A DNA stretch of 32,000 nucleotides from Alkalilimnicola ehrlichii MLHE-1 (GTDB lineage Bacteria; Pseudomonadota; Gammaproteobacteria; Nitrococcales; Halorhodospiraceae). The position numbers were made by a program, and so were the translations under genes. Below the pieces are notes generated by a model, which made no database searches, was not told where the DNA came from, and worked only from the letters and a program-made list of their open reading frames with translations. Location: the NCBI RefSeq assembly GCF_000014785.1, contig NC_008340.1, positions 1,950,001-1,982,000 of the forward strand. Reading direction: 5' to 3'. Positions 7,908 through 17,200 of this stretch are shown here, piece after piece. Each line of letters begins with the position of its first letter. Position 1 is the stretch's first letter.

Positions 7908-8548
7908 AGCGTCCGCCCTCCTCCGGCCTCTATCACGTCTGCGCCCTCCGGTGGCTGGAATTCGAACCGGCCGGGATCGATCTCGACATCGCGTTCCAGC
8001 GCCTCCAGCCTGAGCACGGTGATCTGGCCCAGGCCGTCCTCCAACTCCAGCTCCACAGGCACCCCGTCCTCCAGCCGCAGCAGCACATGCTCGTAGTCCA
8101 GGGTGGCCTCGCGGGGTTGCAGGGCCACCCGACCCGGCTCGGGGAAGGTCAGCTCGAAGGCCTCCTCCAGCTCGCCCAGGGTGCCGCCCAGCAGGGTCGC
8201 CGGGCCGCGGCCGAGACTGTCGGCCAACGAGCGCACCGTCACCTGGTCGAGGTCCTGGTCATAGACCCAGAGCCTTTCACCGTCGGAGACGATCTCCTGC
8301 GGCCACGGCTCCGCATAGTTCCAGCGGAAGCGATCCGGCCTCTCGATCCAGAACTCACCGCTGGACTCCTCCAGGATCCGCCCGGACTCGTCGTGCGTCT
8401 GCTGGGTGAAGCGCCCCTGCAGGCTCGTGACGTCATCGTAGTACCGGGCGAGATCGGCCCGGGTGGCCGCCTGCTCGGCCAGCACCGGCATGACGGAGAG
8501 GCTCAGGCACAGGGCCAGGAGCACGGCAAACGCCAGCTTGATCTTCAT
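7904..8548 (-). CDS. lolA: Outer-membrane lipoprotein carrier protein
   Basis: ATG at 8548 (MKIKLAFAVLL..., signal peptide) follows GAGGAG. The segment LQGRFTQQ...FWIERPDRFRWNY...SDGERLWVYDQDLDQVTV is typical of LolA. The track start at 8587 would overlap the ftsK stop. Confidence 0.88.
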   Translation of the reverse strand: MKIKLAFAVLLALCLSLSVMPVLAEQAATRADLARYYDDVTSLQGRFTQQTHDESGRILEESSGEFWIERPDRFRWNYAEPWPQEIVSDGERLWVYDQDLDQVTVRSLADSLGRGPATLLGGTLGELEEAFELTFPEPGRVALQPREATLDYEHVLLRLEDGVPVELELEDGLGQITVLRLEALERDVEIDPGRFEFQPPEGADVIEAGGGRTL

Positions 8549-8583
8549 AGACTCCGGGTCTCCTCGAGCCGCACCCGCCCGGG

Positions 8584-10965
8584 TCAATCCTTGGGCGGCG
8601 GCGGTGCCAGCACCTCGCGACCGCCATTGGGCTGCAGCGCGCTGACCACCCCCGCCGCCTCCATCTCCTCGACGATGCGGGCGGCGCGGTTGTATCCGAT
8701 TTTCAGGCGCCGCTGCACGCCGGAGATAGACGCCCGGCGGGTCTCGGTGACCACCGCCACGGCCTGATCGTACAGCGGATCCTGCTCGCCATCGCCACCG
8801 CCCTCACCGGGGATACCGGGGATGGGCGCGGTGTCGGTGGTATCCTGAAGGACCTCGTCGACGTAGTCGGGTTCCCCGGTCTGGCGGATAAAGTCCGCCA
8901 CCCGGTGCACCTCCTGGTCGGAGACAAAGGCCCCATGCACCCGGTTGGGCAGCCCGGAACCGGGGGCGAGGTAGAGCATATCGCCGTGCCCCAGGAGCGC
9001 CTCGGCGCCCTGCTGATCGAGAATGGTACGCGAGTCCACCCGGGACGAGACCTGAAAGGCGATGCGGGTGGGGATGTTGGCCTTGATCAGCCCGGTGATC
9101 ACGTCCACCGAGGGCCGCTGGGTGGCGAGAATGAGATGGATGCCGGCCGCCCGGGCCTTCTGCGCCAGCCGCGCGATCAGCTCCTCCACCTTCTTGCCGA
9201 CGATCATCATCATATCGGCGAACTCGTCCACCACCACCACAATGAACGGTAGCGGCTCCAGTTCCGGTGCCTCGGGCTGCACTTGGTAGTCCATCTGCTC
9301 ATCGGGCTTCCAAAGCGGGTCGCGCAGCGGCTCGCCCTGCTCCCGGGCCTGGCGCACCTTCTTGTTATAACCGGCCAGGTTGCGCACCCCCACCGAGGCC
9401 ATCAGCTTGTAGCGGCGTTCCATCTCGGCCACGCACCAGCGCAGGGCGTTGGCCGCCTCCTTCATATCGGTGACCACCGGCGAGAGCAGATGCGGGATAT
9501 CGTCGTAAACCGACAGCTCCAGCATCTTGGGGTCGATCATGATCAGCCGCACCCGCTCCGGGCTGTTCCGGTAGAGCAGGCTGAGGATCATGGCGTTGAC
9601 CCCCACCGACTTGCCCGAACCGGTGGTCCCGGCCACCAGCAGGTGGGGCATCTTGGCCAGATCGGCCACCACCGGATGGCCGCCGATGTCCTGACCCAGG
9701 GCCATGGTGAGCGGCGCCTGCGCCTTCTCATACTCCGGCGAGCGGATGATCTCGGAAAAGGCGATGAGCTGCCGCTGCTCGTTGGGGATCTCCAGCCCCA
9801 TCACCGACTTGCCCGGGATCACCTCAATCACCCGCACCGAGATCACCGCCAGGGACCGGGCCAGGTCGCGGGACAGGTTGGTGATCTGGCTGGCCTTGAC
9901 GCCCTTGGCCGGCTTGAGTTCGAAGCGGGTGATCACCGGGCCCGGCTGCACCGCCGTCACCGCCACCTCGATACCGAAGTCGGCCAGCTTGGTCTCCACC
10001 AGCCGCGACATGTCCTCCAGAGTGTCCTCGGAGTAGCCCCCCTGCTGCTCCGGCGGCGAATCCAGCAGGTTCACCGGTGGCGCAGCCCCGGGGGCGGGCT
10101 TGTCGTGGAAGAGTTCGATCTGCTGGCCGGCGGCCGGCTTGCGCCCGGGTGCCGGGGCCTTGGGCACCACCGGCTCGGCCTTAGTGACCCGCGGCGGTTT
10201 CGGTTTCCCGCGCGGGGGCGAAGGCGTGCGCACCTCGGGCTGGCGCGCCCGCGCCTCACGCGCGGCCCGTGCCCGCTCCGCCCGGCGGGCGCGCGCGGCG
10301 GCCAGGCCCTCACTCAGCCGGCCCGCCTGCCGGCGGCACCAGCCGGTGGTGCGAAAGGCCAGGCGGCCCAGGCGGTCCATCAGGCCCACCCAGGACAGGC
10401 CGGTGGTCAGGGTAATCCCCCCCAGGAACAGCGCCAGGGCGAAGAGCGTGGCGCCTTCGAAATTCAACAGACCACCGAGCCCGTGCCCGACCAATTCGCC
10501 CAGAACCCCGCCCGCGGAGAGGGGCACCGTCTCCGGAATGGCGCTGAAATGCAGCGCCGCCAGCCCGGTGCCGGAGGCGAGGGTGACCACAAAGCCCACG
10601 CCCCGCACCGCCACGATGCCACCGTCGACACCGCCCCCCTCACGCCGCCAGCGGAAGGCGAGCCAGGCCGCATAGGCCATGGTGAGCGGGAAGAGGTAGG
10701 CCAGGTACCCGAACAGATAGAGGGTGAAATCGGCAAACCAGGCGCCCACCACGCCACCGGCGTTGTGGACCTGGTCGGTCTGGGCGCTAAAACTCCAGCC
10801 CGGATCCTGCGGGTGATAGGTGACCAGCGCCAGCATCATGAACACCGCCACCGCCGCCAGCACCAACAGCAGCGCCTCGCGCAGCCGCCGGCTGACGTGG
10901 TGCCCCAGGGCGGAGCGGACGGGCTTCTGGGTCTGTGATCGGGCCACGGTCATTCGCGTCGTCAC
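8584..10965 (-). CDS. ftsK: DNA translocase FtsK
   Basis: It has N-terminal TM helices, a Pro/Lys-rich linker, a motor domain with Walker [10 protein letters not shown], and a C-terminal gamma (KOPS-binding) winged helix ([23 protein letters not shown]). The track start at 10965 is GTG; an in-frame ATG lies at 10953. Confidence 0.92.
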   Translation of the reverse strand: MTTRMTVARSQTQKPVRSALGHHVSRRLREALLLVLAAVAVFMMLALVTYHPQDPGWSFSAQTDQVHNAGGVVGAWFADFTLYLFGYLAYLFPLTMAYAAWLAFRWRREGGGVDGGIVAVRGVGFVVTLASGTGLAALHFSAIPETVPLSAGGVLGELVGHGLGGLLNFEGATLFALALFLGGITLTTGLSWVGLMDRLGRLAFRTTGWCRRQAGRLSEGLAAARARRAERARAAREARARQPEVRTPSPPRGKPKPPRVTKAEPVVPKAPAPGRKPAAGQQIELFHDKPAPGAAPPVNLLDSPPEQQGGYSEDTLEDMSRLVETKLADFGIEVAVTAVQPGPVITRFELKPAKGVKASQITNLSRDLARSLAVISVRVIEVIPGKSVMGLEIPNEQRQLIAFSEIIRSPEYEKAQAPLTMALGQDIGGHPVVADLAKMPHLLVAGTTGSGKSVGVNAMILSLLYRNSPERVRLIMIDPKMLELSVYDDIPHLLSPVVTDMKEAANALRWCVAEMERRYKLMASVGVRNLAGYNKKVRQAREQGEPLRDPLWKPDEQMDYQVQPEAPELEPLPFIVVVVDEFADMMMIVGKKVEELIARLAQKARAAGIHLILATQRPSVDVITGLIKANIPTRIAFQVSSRVDSRTILDQQGAEALLGHGDMLYLAPGSGLPNRVHGAFVSDQEVHRVADFIRQTGEPDYVDEVLQDTTDTAPIPGIPGEGGGDGEQDPLYDQAVAVVTETRRASISGVQRRLKIGYNRAARIVEEMEAAGVVSALQPNGGREVLAPPPPKD

Positions 10966-10971
10966 TGCTGG

Positions 10972-11108
10972 GCCGGACAGCCGGCGTGAAGGAAATGGCG
11001 CTCAGTTCCGAAAGAACTGTCAATTCAGTCAGAAGGATACAGCCATAATCTCAGGTTGTCATCCAAGAGCCGGACAGCGGTCGCCCGCTTTCTCCGGCGG
11101 CCGGACAA
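10972..11108 (+). repeat. Three same-orientation copies of GCCGGACA(G/A) in the ftsK/aat divergent intergenic region
   Basis: The copies are GCCGGACAG at 10972-10980 and 11069-11077, and GCCGGACAA at 11100-11108. Function is unknown. Confidence 0.4.
11017..11032. promoter_or_regulatory. LexA (SOS) box-like element upstream of ftsK
   Basis: CTGTCAATTCAGTCAG fits CTG-N10-CAG, with CTGT on one arm but TCAG instead of ACAG on the other. On the minus strand it overlaps a TTGACA hexamer. It lies about 50-65 nt upstream of the ftsK start. Confidence 0.3.
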
Positions 11109-11163
11109 GGCCGGCTTGCGGATGGTATGATTAGTCCATCCTGGCGCGATCCGGCTGAGCCCC

Positions 11164-11940
11164 ATGTACCGACTCTACTGGCTGGATGAACACAACCCGC
11201 GCAGTCCCTTTCCTCCCGCCGAGCAGGCGATGGACGAACCCAACGGGCTGCTCGCGGTGGGGGGCGACCTGTCGCCGGTGCGCCTGGAGCAGGCCTACCG
11301 GCGGGGCATCTTCCCCTGGTACGGGCCCGGTCAACCCATCCTCTGGTGGAGCCCCGACCCGCGCTGCATCTTCCGCCCGGGCTGGTTGCACGTCAGCCGC
11401 CGACTGGCACGGCGGCTGCGCACCGGCGCGTTCCGCATGAGCCTGGACACCGACTTCACCGGCGTCATCAGTGCCTGCGCGGCCCCGCGGGAGGACCAGG
11501 CCGGCACCTGGATCGTGCCCGAGATGATGCACGCCTACGAGGCGCTGTTCGAACTGGGCATCGCCCATTCGGTGGAGTGCTGGGACCGGGACGGCGAGCT
11601 GGTGGGCGGTCTGTACGGCGTGGCCCTGAGCGGGGCCTTCTTCGGTGAGAGCATGTTCAGCCGGCGCAGCGACGCCTCCAAGGCCTGCATGGCCTGGCTC
11701 AGCGCGCAGCTCCACCGCTGGGGCTTCGCCCTGTTCGACTGCCAGGTCAGCTCCCCCCACCTGCGCCGCATGGGCGCCGTGGATGTCAGCCGCAGCCGCT
11801 TTCTCGCCCAGCTTCAGCAGGCCCTGGTCCTGCCCCACCGGCGCGGGCCCTGGCGCTTCGACCGGGACCTGGACCCGGTGGCCATCCATCGACAACACCA
11901 AACGCGGACCACCGCACCGGAGGTGCTGTATGGGTCGTAA
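11164..11940 (+). CDS. aat: Leucyl/phenylalanyl-tRNA--protein transferase
   Basis: ATG at 11164. [26 protein letters not shown] and downstream conservation (HSVECWD, GESMFS) are diagnostic for Aat. Confidence 0.9.
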   Translation: MYRLYWLDEHNPRSPFPPAEQAMDEPNGLLAVGGDLSPVRLEQAYRRGIFPWYGPGQPILWWSPDPRCIFRPGWLHVSRRLARRLRTGAFRMSLDTDFTGVISACAAPREDQAGTWIVPEMMHAYEALFELGIAHSVECWDRDGELVGGLYGVALSGAFFGESMFSRRSDASKACMAWLSAQLHRWGFALFDCQVSSPHLRRMGAVDVSRSRFLAQLQQALVLPHRRGPWRFDRDLDPVAIHRQHQTRTTAPEVLYGS

Positions 11941-12649
11941 CGACCTGATTCGCCGCCTCCCCGTCTACGCCACCGGCGAGCACGACTGTCCCTACCTGGA
12001 CGGGGAAACCGCCTGTACCTGGTTTGTGGACCCGGACGCCAGCCTCTCGCCGGGGCTGTACAGCAACCTGATCCGTCAGGGCTACCGGCGCAGTGGGCGC
12101 TATATCTACCGGCCTGGCTGTGACGCCTGCCACGCCTGCCAGTCACTGCGTATACCGGTGCACCGTTTCCGCTCCCGCCGGCGCCACCGGCGTTGCCTGA
12201 AGGCCAACGCCGGAGCCACCGTCGAGCCCCTGCCATCAACCTACCGGGAAGAGCACTACCAGCTCTACTGCGACTACCTCCAGGCGCGCCATCCGGGCAG
12301 CGAAATGAGCGACCCCGCCATCGGCGACTACCTGGAGTTTTTGCGCACGGACTGGTGCGAGACCCTGTTTTACGAGTTCCGCGACGAAAACGACACCCTA
12401 CTGGGGGTGGCGGCCACCGACCTGGTCGCCGACGGGCTCTCTGCCGTCTACACCTTTTACCGGCCCGACCTGCCGGAGCGCAGCCTGGGCACCCTGGCTA
12501 TCCTCTGGCAGATCAACGAGGCGCGCCGCCTGGGGCTGGATTACGTCTACCTGGGCTACTGGATCAAGGGCTGCGACCAGATGCGGTATAAGGCCGACTT
12601 CCGACCCCACGAGGTCTTCAACGGCGGTCGCTGGCTGACGGTGGCGTGA
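11930..12649 (+). CDS. bpt: Arginyl-tRNA/leucyl-tRNA--protein transferase (bacterial ATE-type, Bpt)
   Basis: ATG at 11930 overlaps the aat 3' end by 11 nt. It carries the N-terminal Cys motif (EHDCPYLDG...[11 protein letters not shown]) and ATE_C-type region (SAVYTFY...SLGT...YVYLGYWI). The first 95 codons of track ORF 11645..12649 are out-of-frame overlap with aat. Confidence 0.88.
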   Translation: MGRNDLIRRLPVYATGEHDCPYLDGETACTWFVDPDASLSPGLYSNLIRQGYRRSGRYIYRPGCDACHACQSLRIPVHRFRSRRRHRRCLKANAGATVEPLPSTYREEHYQLYCDYLQARHPGSEMSDPAIGDYLEFLRTDWCETLFYEFRDENDTLLGVAATDLVADGLSAVYTFYRPDLPERSLGTLAILWQINEARRLGLDYVYLGYWIKGCDQMRYKADFRPHEVFNGGRWLTVA

Positions 12650-12881
12650 GTCGCTCAATCAACGCCTGAAAGGCGGCCGGATCGTCGCGGCGCAAGCGCT
12701 CCAGGGCCGACTCGGCCGCTCGCAGCGCACCGTCGCGATGCCGCCCCTTCACCGCCTCCACTGCGGCGTGGGTTTCGCGCAGCCGCTGCACCGCCGGTGC
12801 CTCACTGTCCCCGGCGACGGCCAGCAGCGCCTCGGTGAGCAGCCCCAGCTGCCGCCCGTAGCTGGCCACCTCCGCCACCAC
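12618..12881 (-). CDS. Small hypothetical protein (87 aa, predicted helical)
   Basis: It has a GTG start, strong G/C third-position bias like neighbouring genes, and the same strand as the upstream array. I recognised no family, and no convincing Shine-Dalgarno lies at proper spacing. Its 3' end overlaps the bpt 3' end by 32 nt. Confidence 0.35.
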   Translation of the reverse strand: MVAEVASYGRQLGLLTEALLAVAGDSEAPAVQRLRETHAAVEAVKGRHRDGALRAAESALERLRRDDPAAFQALIERLTPPSASDRR

Positions 12882-12920
12882 ATCGCGTTCGATCCGCCGG
12901 TCACCTCCGGGCCACGCCGT

Positions 12921-13992
12921 TCAGTATAGGTGGGGCAGGCCAGGCACCACCACCTCGCCGCCATAGGCCTCGCGTACCTCCGCGATCAGGGCCCTGGGGT
13001 CGCGGCTGTGGCGGCGGGAAAAGTGAAAGGGCACCAACCGCTGCACCCCGGCCGCGGCGGCGATCCGACCGCAGGCGCCGGCGGTCAGGTGGCCGGTGCG
13101 GGCGGCCTGAGCGGCCTCGCCCCGGAGAAAGGGCGCCTCGCAGAAGAGCGTATGCGCCCCCCCTGGCCAGCGACACCAGCGCCTGGCGGTTGGTCGGCGT
13201 ATCGGCCAGATCGGTGGCGTAGACCAGGCGTTGCCCGGGGCGTTCCAGCAACAGCTCCGCTGCCAACCGTTCAACCGGCCAACGGCGGCCGTCGGGCAGC
13301 GCCAGATCGCCGTCCCGATCCCCCGCCAGCACCCGACGGCGCAGCTCCCCCAGCCAGGGGCCGGGCGGCCAGCCGCGGGCCGCCAGCCGCTCCTTGCGCA
13401 CATTGAGCTGCCGCGGTGGCTCGTAGGCAAAGGCGAGCACCGGCGTGCCGTGATCCAAGGCCCTTCCCCGAACCCGGAATTGGGGCTCCGCAAGCAGGTA
13501 GCCGTCCGGTGCCCGACGGGGCGCCAACGGCATCGGCGCCCTCCGCCCCGCCCTGACCCCGGCGCGGAGGAGTCGGTCCCCCTCATGCAGCTCCAGGACT
13601 TCGAAACCCGGCGCGCGCTCACCCACCCGGTCCCAGAGCACCGCATTGACCATGCCCTGCACATGCCCGGCCAGCCCCGGGGGGCCGTACAGCCGGCAGG
13701 CCGGGAATGGGCCGATTCGCGAGCGCAACAGCCAGAGTAGACCGCAAATGTGATCCATGTGGGCGTGGCTGATGAAGACATCGCTCACCTGGTGGGCGAT
13801 GCGGGCCGAGAGCCGGCTGCCCTCTCCCAGGTCGAACAACAGGCTGCGGCGCTGGTGGTGCAGCCGCAGGTGCAGCAGCGGGTCACCCAGCACACCATTG
13901 AGCAGCCGCGCCTCGGCCTGGCCCACCCGGAGCGCCGGACCGGGCGCCGCCCCGGGGCGGCGTTGCGGCTCGGGACGTCCGGACGCCGCCAT
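12921..13992 (-). pseudogene. RNase Z/ElaC-like metallo-beta-lactamase-fold hydrolase, reading frame disrupted by 1 nt in a G7 run (C7 on the plus strand, 13157-13163)
   Basis: The N-terminal about 277 codons are in the frame of track ORF 12901..14133 (DPLLHLRL..., FDLGEG, HxHxDH motif ISHAHMDHICG, PGPWLGELRR). The conserved C-terminal part (HTLFCEAPF...TGHLTA...LVPFHFSRR) is in the frame of track ORF 12921..13781. Removing one G restores ...LVSLARGAHTLFCEAPF.... The likely start is ATG at 13992, 4 nt after the upstream gene's stop. Confidence 0.8.
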
Positions 13993-13996
13993 GGCC

Positions 13997-14413
13997 TCAG
14001 GCGCCAGAGCGCTCCGCGGGGATGGCATAGGTCCCCACGGCGTGGGCGACCGGGTGGTCGTCACCGTCCGAGAAAAGCGCCACCTCCCCCACCGCCAGCG
14101 ACCGCCCCACCTTGAGCAGTTCGCAGCGGGCAACGATGTCCCGGTCGGCGGCGGGCTTGCGCAGGAAGTTGATGTTCAGACTGGTGGTCACCGCCAGCGG
14201 CACGATGCCGATGACGCCGAGCAGGGCCACGTAGAGGGCCACGTCGGCCACCGCCATCATCACCGGGCCGGAGACGGTGCCGCCGGGACGCAGCTCGTTC
14301 TCGCCGATGGGATGGCGCACGGTCGCCTTACCCTGCCCCACTGCCTCCACCGTGCAGGGTGTCTGGGGGAACTCAGCGGCCAGGAACGCCGTAATCTCTG
14401 CCTGGGTGGTCAA
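13997..14413 (-). CDS. PaaI/YigI-type hotdog-fold thioesterase
   Basis: The 138-aa protein has the pattern GGTVSGPVMMAVADVALYVALLG ... TTSLNINFLRKP ... VGRSLAVGEV, typical of PaaI-family thioesterases. The start is TTG at 14413 and overlaps the upstream stop as TTGA. Confidence 0.75.
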   Translation of the reverse strand: MTTQAEITAFLAAEFPQTPCTVEAVGQGKATVRHPIGENELRPGGTVSGPVMMAVADVALYVALLGVIGIVPLAVTTSLNINFLRKPAADRDIVARCELLKVGRSLAVGEVALFSDGDDHPVAHAVGTYAIPAERSGA

Positions 14414-15426
14414 GGGGCCTCCGGGTCATCCCTGCCTGTTTCCCGGTTAGTCTCCGGGGTCAGCCCCTTCTCGCGCAACCATTCCGGGTTGAACAGCCGC
14501 GAGTAGTAGCGCGCGCCCCCGTCGCAGAGGATGGTGGCGATGGTGTGCCCCGGCCCCAGCTCGCGGGCCAGGCGCACAGCGGCAGCCAGGTTGATGCCGG
14601 AGGAGCTGCCCAGGAACAGCCCCTCCTGGTAGAGCGCCTGATAGACCCGATCCACGGCCTCCTGGTCGGGGATGCTGTAGGCGTCGTCGATGGGCGTCCC
14701 CTCCAGATTGGCGGTGACCCGCGTGCTGCCGATGCCCTCGGTGATGGAGCCGCTGCCGGTCACCTCCGGCGTACCGGTCTTGACGTAGCCGTAGAGCGCG
14801 CTGCCGTGCGGGTCGGCCAGTACGCAGCGCACATCCGGCGACTGCGCCTTGAGGTAGCGGGCTACGCCGGCCAGGGTGCCGCCGGTGCCGGTGGCCGCAA
14901 CGAAACCGTCCAGCCGCCCTCCGGTCTGCGACCAGATCTCGGGCCCGGTGGTCTCGTAGTGGGCCTGGCGGTTGGCGGTGTTGTCGAACTGGTTGGCCCA
15001 GATCGCGTTGTCCATCTCCTCGGCCATGCGGCCGGCCACCTTCTGGTAGTTGTTCGGGTCCTTGTAGGGCCGGGCCGGTACGGTGTGCACCGCCGCGCCC
15101 AGGGTGCGCAGGAGGTCGATCTTCTCCTGGGTCTGGGTTTCGGGAATGACGATCACACAGCGATAGCCGCGGGCGTTGCACAGGTGGGCCAAGCCGATCC
15201 CGGTATTGCCCGCGGTCCCCTCCACCACCGTGCCACCGGGGCGCAGCAGGCCGCGCCGTTCGGCATCCAGGAGGATGTAGAGCGCGGCGCGGTCCTTCAC
15301 CGACCCGCCCGGGTTCATGAACTCGGCCTTGCCCAGGATCTCGCAGCCGGTCTCCTCGGAAAGCCGCTTGAGGCGTATCAGTGGGGTGTTGCCCACCGCC
15401 CCGGCAAAACCGTCGCACACTGTCAT
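14410..15426 (-). CDS. PLP-dependent cysteine synthase / cystathionine beta-synthase family protein
   Basis: ATG at 15426 follows GGGAGGAGG. It carries GNTPLIRL, the PLP-lysine region NPGGSVKDRAA, plus GTAGNTGIG, ATGTGGTLAG and LGSSSG motifs. The upstream 144 codons of track ORF 14410..15858 overlap aidB and are not coding. Confidence 0.88.
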   Translation of the reverse strand: MTVCDGFAGAVGNTPLIRLKRLSEETGCEILGKAEFMNPGGSVKDRAALYILLDAERRGLLRPGGTVVEGTAGNTGIGLAHLCNARGYRCVIVIPETQTQEKIDLLRTLGAAVHTVPARPYKDPNNYQKVAGRMAEEMDNAIWANQFDNTANRQAHYETTGPEIWSQTGGRLDGFVAATGTGGTLAGVARYLKAQSPDVRCVLADPHGSALYGYVKTGTPEVTGSGSITEGIGSTRVTANLEGTPIDDAYSIPDQEAVDRVYQALYQEGLFLGSSSGINLAAAVRLARELGPGHTIATILCDGGARYYSRLFNPEWLREKGLTPETNRETGRDDPEAP

Positions 15427-15484
15427 GGCCCCTCCTCCCGCAATCGTTTGCCAGCCACTGCATTGCGTAAGTATGGCAACAGCT

Positions 15485-15520
15485 GCCGGCCCCCGGGGGC
15501 TGAGACCGGGCGGGGCCGGC
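15485..15520 (-). terminator. GC hairpin immediately 3' of aidB (possible terminator or processing structure)
   Basis: GCCGGCCCC (15485-15493) and GGGGCCGGC (15512-15520) form a perfect 9-bp stem abutting the aidB stop codon. The loop is 18 nt and contains the palindrome GCCCCCGGGGGC. There is no U-tract. Confidence 0.3.
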
Positions 15521-17200
15521 TCAGACCGCAGGGGTGGCCCGGCGGATGATGGCCGCGCAGTCCACGCCGTCCGGCAGCGTGCCGTAGTGGTGGGCACCGG
15601 TGGCGGCCAGGCGGCCCGCGCAGTAGGCATCGGCCAGCGCCGGGTCACTGTGACGCAGCAGCAACGCGGCCTGCAGCGCCGTGGCCATGTCGTCCACCAA
15701 CGCCCGGGCCCGATACGCCGCGTCGGCCCGCGGCGGCAGCGCCTGGCGCAGCCGGTCCAGGTGGGCGTCGTAGCGCCGGTCCGCGCCGCGGGCCCGCTCC
15801 AGTTCGTCCAGGAAGGCGTCCAGGGTGTCCGGCGCCTTCTCCACCGCACGCAGCACATCCAGGCACTGGATATTGCCGCTGCCCTCCCAGATGGCGTTGA
15901 TGGGCGACTCGCGGAACAGGCGGGGCAGGATGCAGTCCTCCATCACCCCGCTGCCGCCGATCGCCTCCATGGCCTCGTAGGCGTGCCCCGGCGTGCGCTT
16001 GCAGACCCAGTATTTCGCCACCGGTGTGGCGAGCCGGAACAGGGCCTGCTCACGGGGGGCGTCCGGACGGTCCAGCGCCCCCGCCAGGCGCAGGGCGACC
16101 TGCAGGGCCGCTTCGCTCTCCAGCGCCAGGTCCGCCAGCAGGTTGGCCATCAGCGGCTGATCGACCAGCCGCCCACCGAAGGCACGGCGGTGACGGCAAT
16201 GGTGCAACGCCTGTACGGCCGCCTGCCGCAGCCCCGCCGCCGAGCCGATGGTGCAATCGTAGCGGGTCATGGCCACCATATCGATGATGGTGCGGACACC
16301 GCGCCCCGGTTCACCCACCATCCAGGCCAGCGCCCCGCGAAGCTCGGTCTCGCTGGAGGCATTGGCGACATTGCCCATCTTGCGTTTGAGTTGCTGGATC
16401 TGCAGTGGGTTACGGCCGCCGTCGGGGCGCCACCGGGGCAACAGAAAGCAGCTCAGGCCGGCATCGGTCTGAGCCAGTACCAGAAAGGCATCGCTCATGG
16501 GCGCCGAGACGAAGTACTTGTGGCCCACCAGTTCGTAGGCCTCGCCCGGCCCCGGCGTGCCCAGGGGATAGGCCCGGGTGGTGTTGGCGCGTACGTCCGA
16601 GCCACCCTGTTTCTCGGTCATGGCCATACCAATGGTGACGGCCTTTTTCGCCGCCACGGGGCAATTGCGCGGGTCGTAGTCCAGGGCTAGCAACTTGTCC
16701 AGCCAGGAGGCGGCGAGGTCCGGCTGGCGTCGCAGGGCCGGCACGGCGGCGAAGGTCATGGTGACCGGGCAACCGTGCCCCGCCTCCACCTGCGCCTGCA
16801 GGTAGTAACGGGCCGCCCGCGCCACATGGGCCCCGGGGCCGGGGTTCCGCCAGGGCGCGGCGTGCAGCCCTTGGGTGAGGGCCCGCCGCATCAGCCGGTG
16901 ATAGGCCGGGTGATAGCGCACCTCGTCCACCCGGTGACCGAAGCGGTCGTGGGTATGCAGCCGGGGTGGCTGCTCGTTGGCCTGGAAGCCCAGCTCGATC
17001 ACCTCCGGCCGCCCGGCCCACGCCCCCTGACGGACCAGGCCCGCCTCCGCCCAGCCCGCCCGGTAACGGTGCACGCCCTCCCGCAGCGCCGCGTCCTGGC
17101 GGTAGAGATTGTAGGCTTGCAGTGGCGGCGGCTGGTTCTCGACCCGGTGGGTCTCGGCCAGCCAGCGCTCGCCCGGTGTATCCCGACGGATCGTGGTCAT
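15521..17200 (-). CDS. aidB: AidB-type acyl-CoA dehydrogenase family protein
   Basis: ATG at 17200. The 559-aa protein has the N-terminal THRVENQPPPLQAYNLYRQDAALREGV, typical of AidB, acyl-CoA dehydrogenase middle and C-terminal domains (MTEKQGGSDV, IWEGSGNI), and the AidB-specific C-terminal extension. Confidence 0.88.
   Translation of the reverse strand: MTTIRRDTPGERWLAETHRVENQPPPLQAYNLYRQDAALREGVHRYRAGWAEAGLVRQGAWAGRPEVIELGFQANEQPPRLHTHDRFGHRVDEVRYHPAYHRLMRRALTQGLHAAPWRNPGPGAHVARAARYYLQAQVEAGHGCPVTMTFAAVPALRRQPDLAASWLDKLLALDYDPRNCPVAAKKAVTIGMAMTEKQGGSDVRANTTRAYPLGTPGPGEAYELVGHKYFVSAPMSDAFLVLAQTDAGLSCFLLPRWRPDGGRNPLQIQQLKRKMGNVANASSETELRGALAWMVGEPGRGVRTIIDMVAMTRYDCTIGSAAGLRQAAVQALHHCRHRRAFGGRLVDQPLMANLLADLALESEAALQVALRLAGALDRPDAPREQALFRLATPVAKYWVCKRTPGHAYEAMEAIGGSGVMEDCILPRLFRESPINAIWEGSGNIQCLDVLRAVEKAPDTLDAFLDELERARGADRRYDAHLDRLRQALPPRADAAYRARALVDDMATALQAALLLRHSDPALADAYCAGRLAATGAHHYGTLPDGVDCAAIIRRATPAV

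Noticed and set aside
9283-10938. Very long ORFs antisense to or overlapping confidently assigned genes: 9283..10938 (+, opposite ftsK), 1710..2942 (-), 4033..4908 (+), 11131..11901 (-), 15317..16690 (+), 17579..18562 (-), 20495..21280 (-) and 27761..29149 (+).
   Set aside because: Their translations are Arg/Gly/Pro/His-rich, low-complexity and without recognisable motifs. Each lies opposite a gene with strong family signatures. Such open antisense frames are expected in GC-rich DNA because stop codons are rare.
12738-12929. Plus-strand 63-aa ORF between bpt and the MBL pseudogene.
   Set aside because: Its composition looks non-coding (Pro/Arg/His-rich), and it overlaps the better-supported minus-strand small ORF and the MBL 3' end.
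12901-14133. Treating track ORF 12901..14133 as an intact 410-aa MBL gene.
   Set aside because: Its last about 90 residues are Arg/Gly/Pro junk, while the conserved MBL C-terminus is encoded in the neighbouring frame. Its first 47 codons overlap the upstream thioesterase gene.
15439-15457. Sigma-54-like sequence upstream of the CysK-like gene (minus strand TGGCTGGCAAACGATTGCG).
   Set aside because: Neither possible register gives GG-N10-GC; the spacing is N9 or N13.
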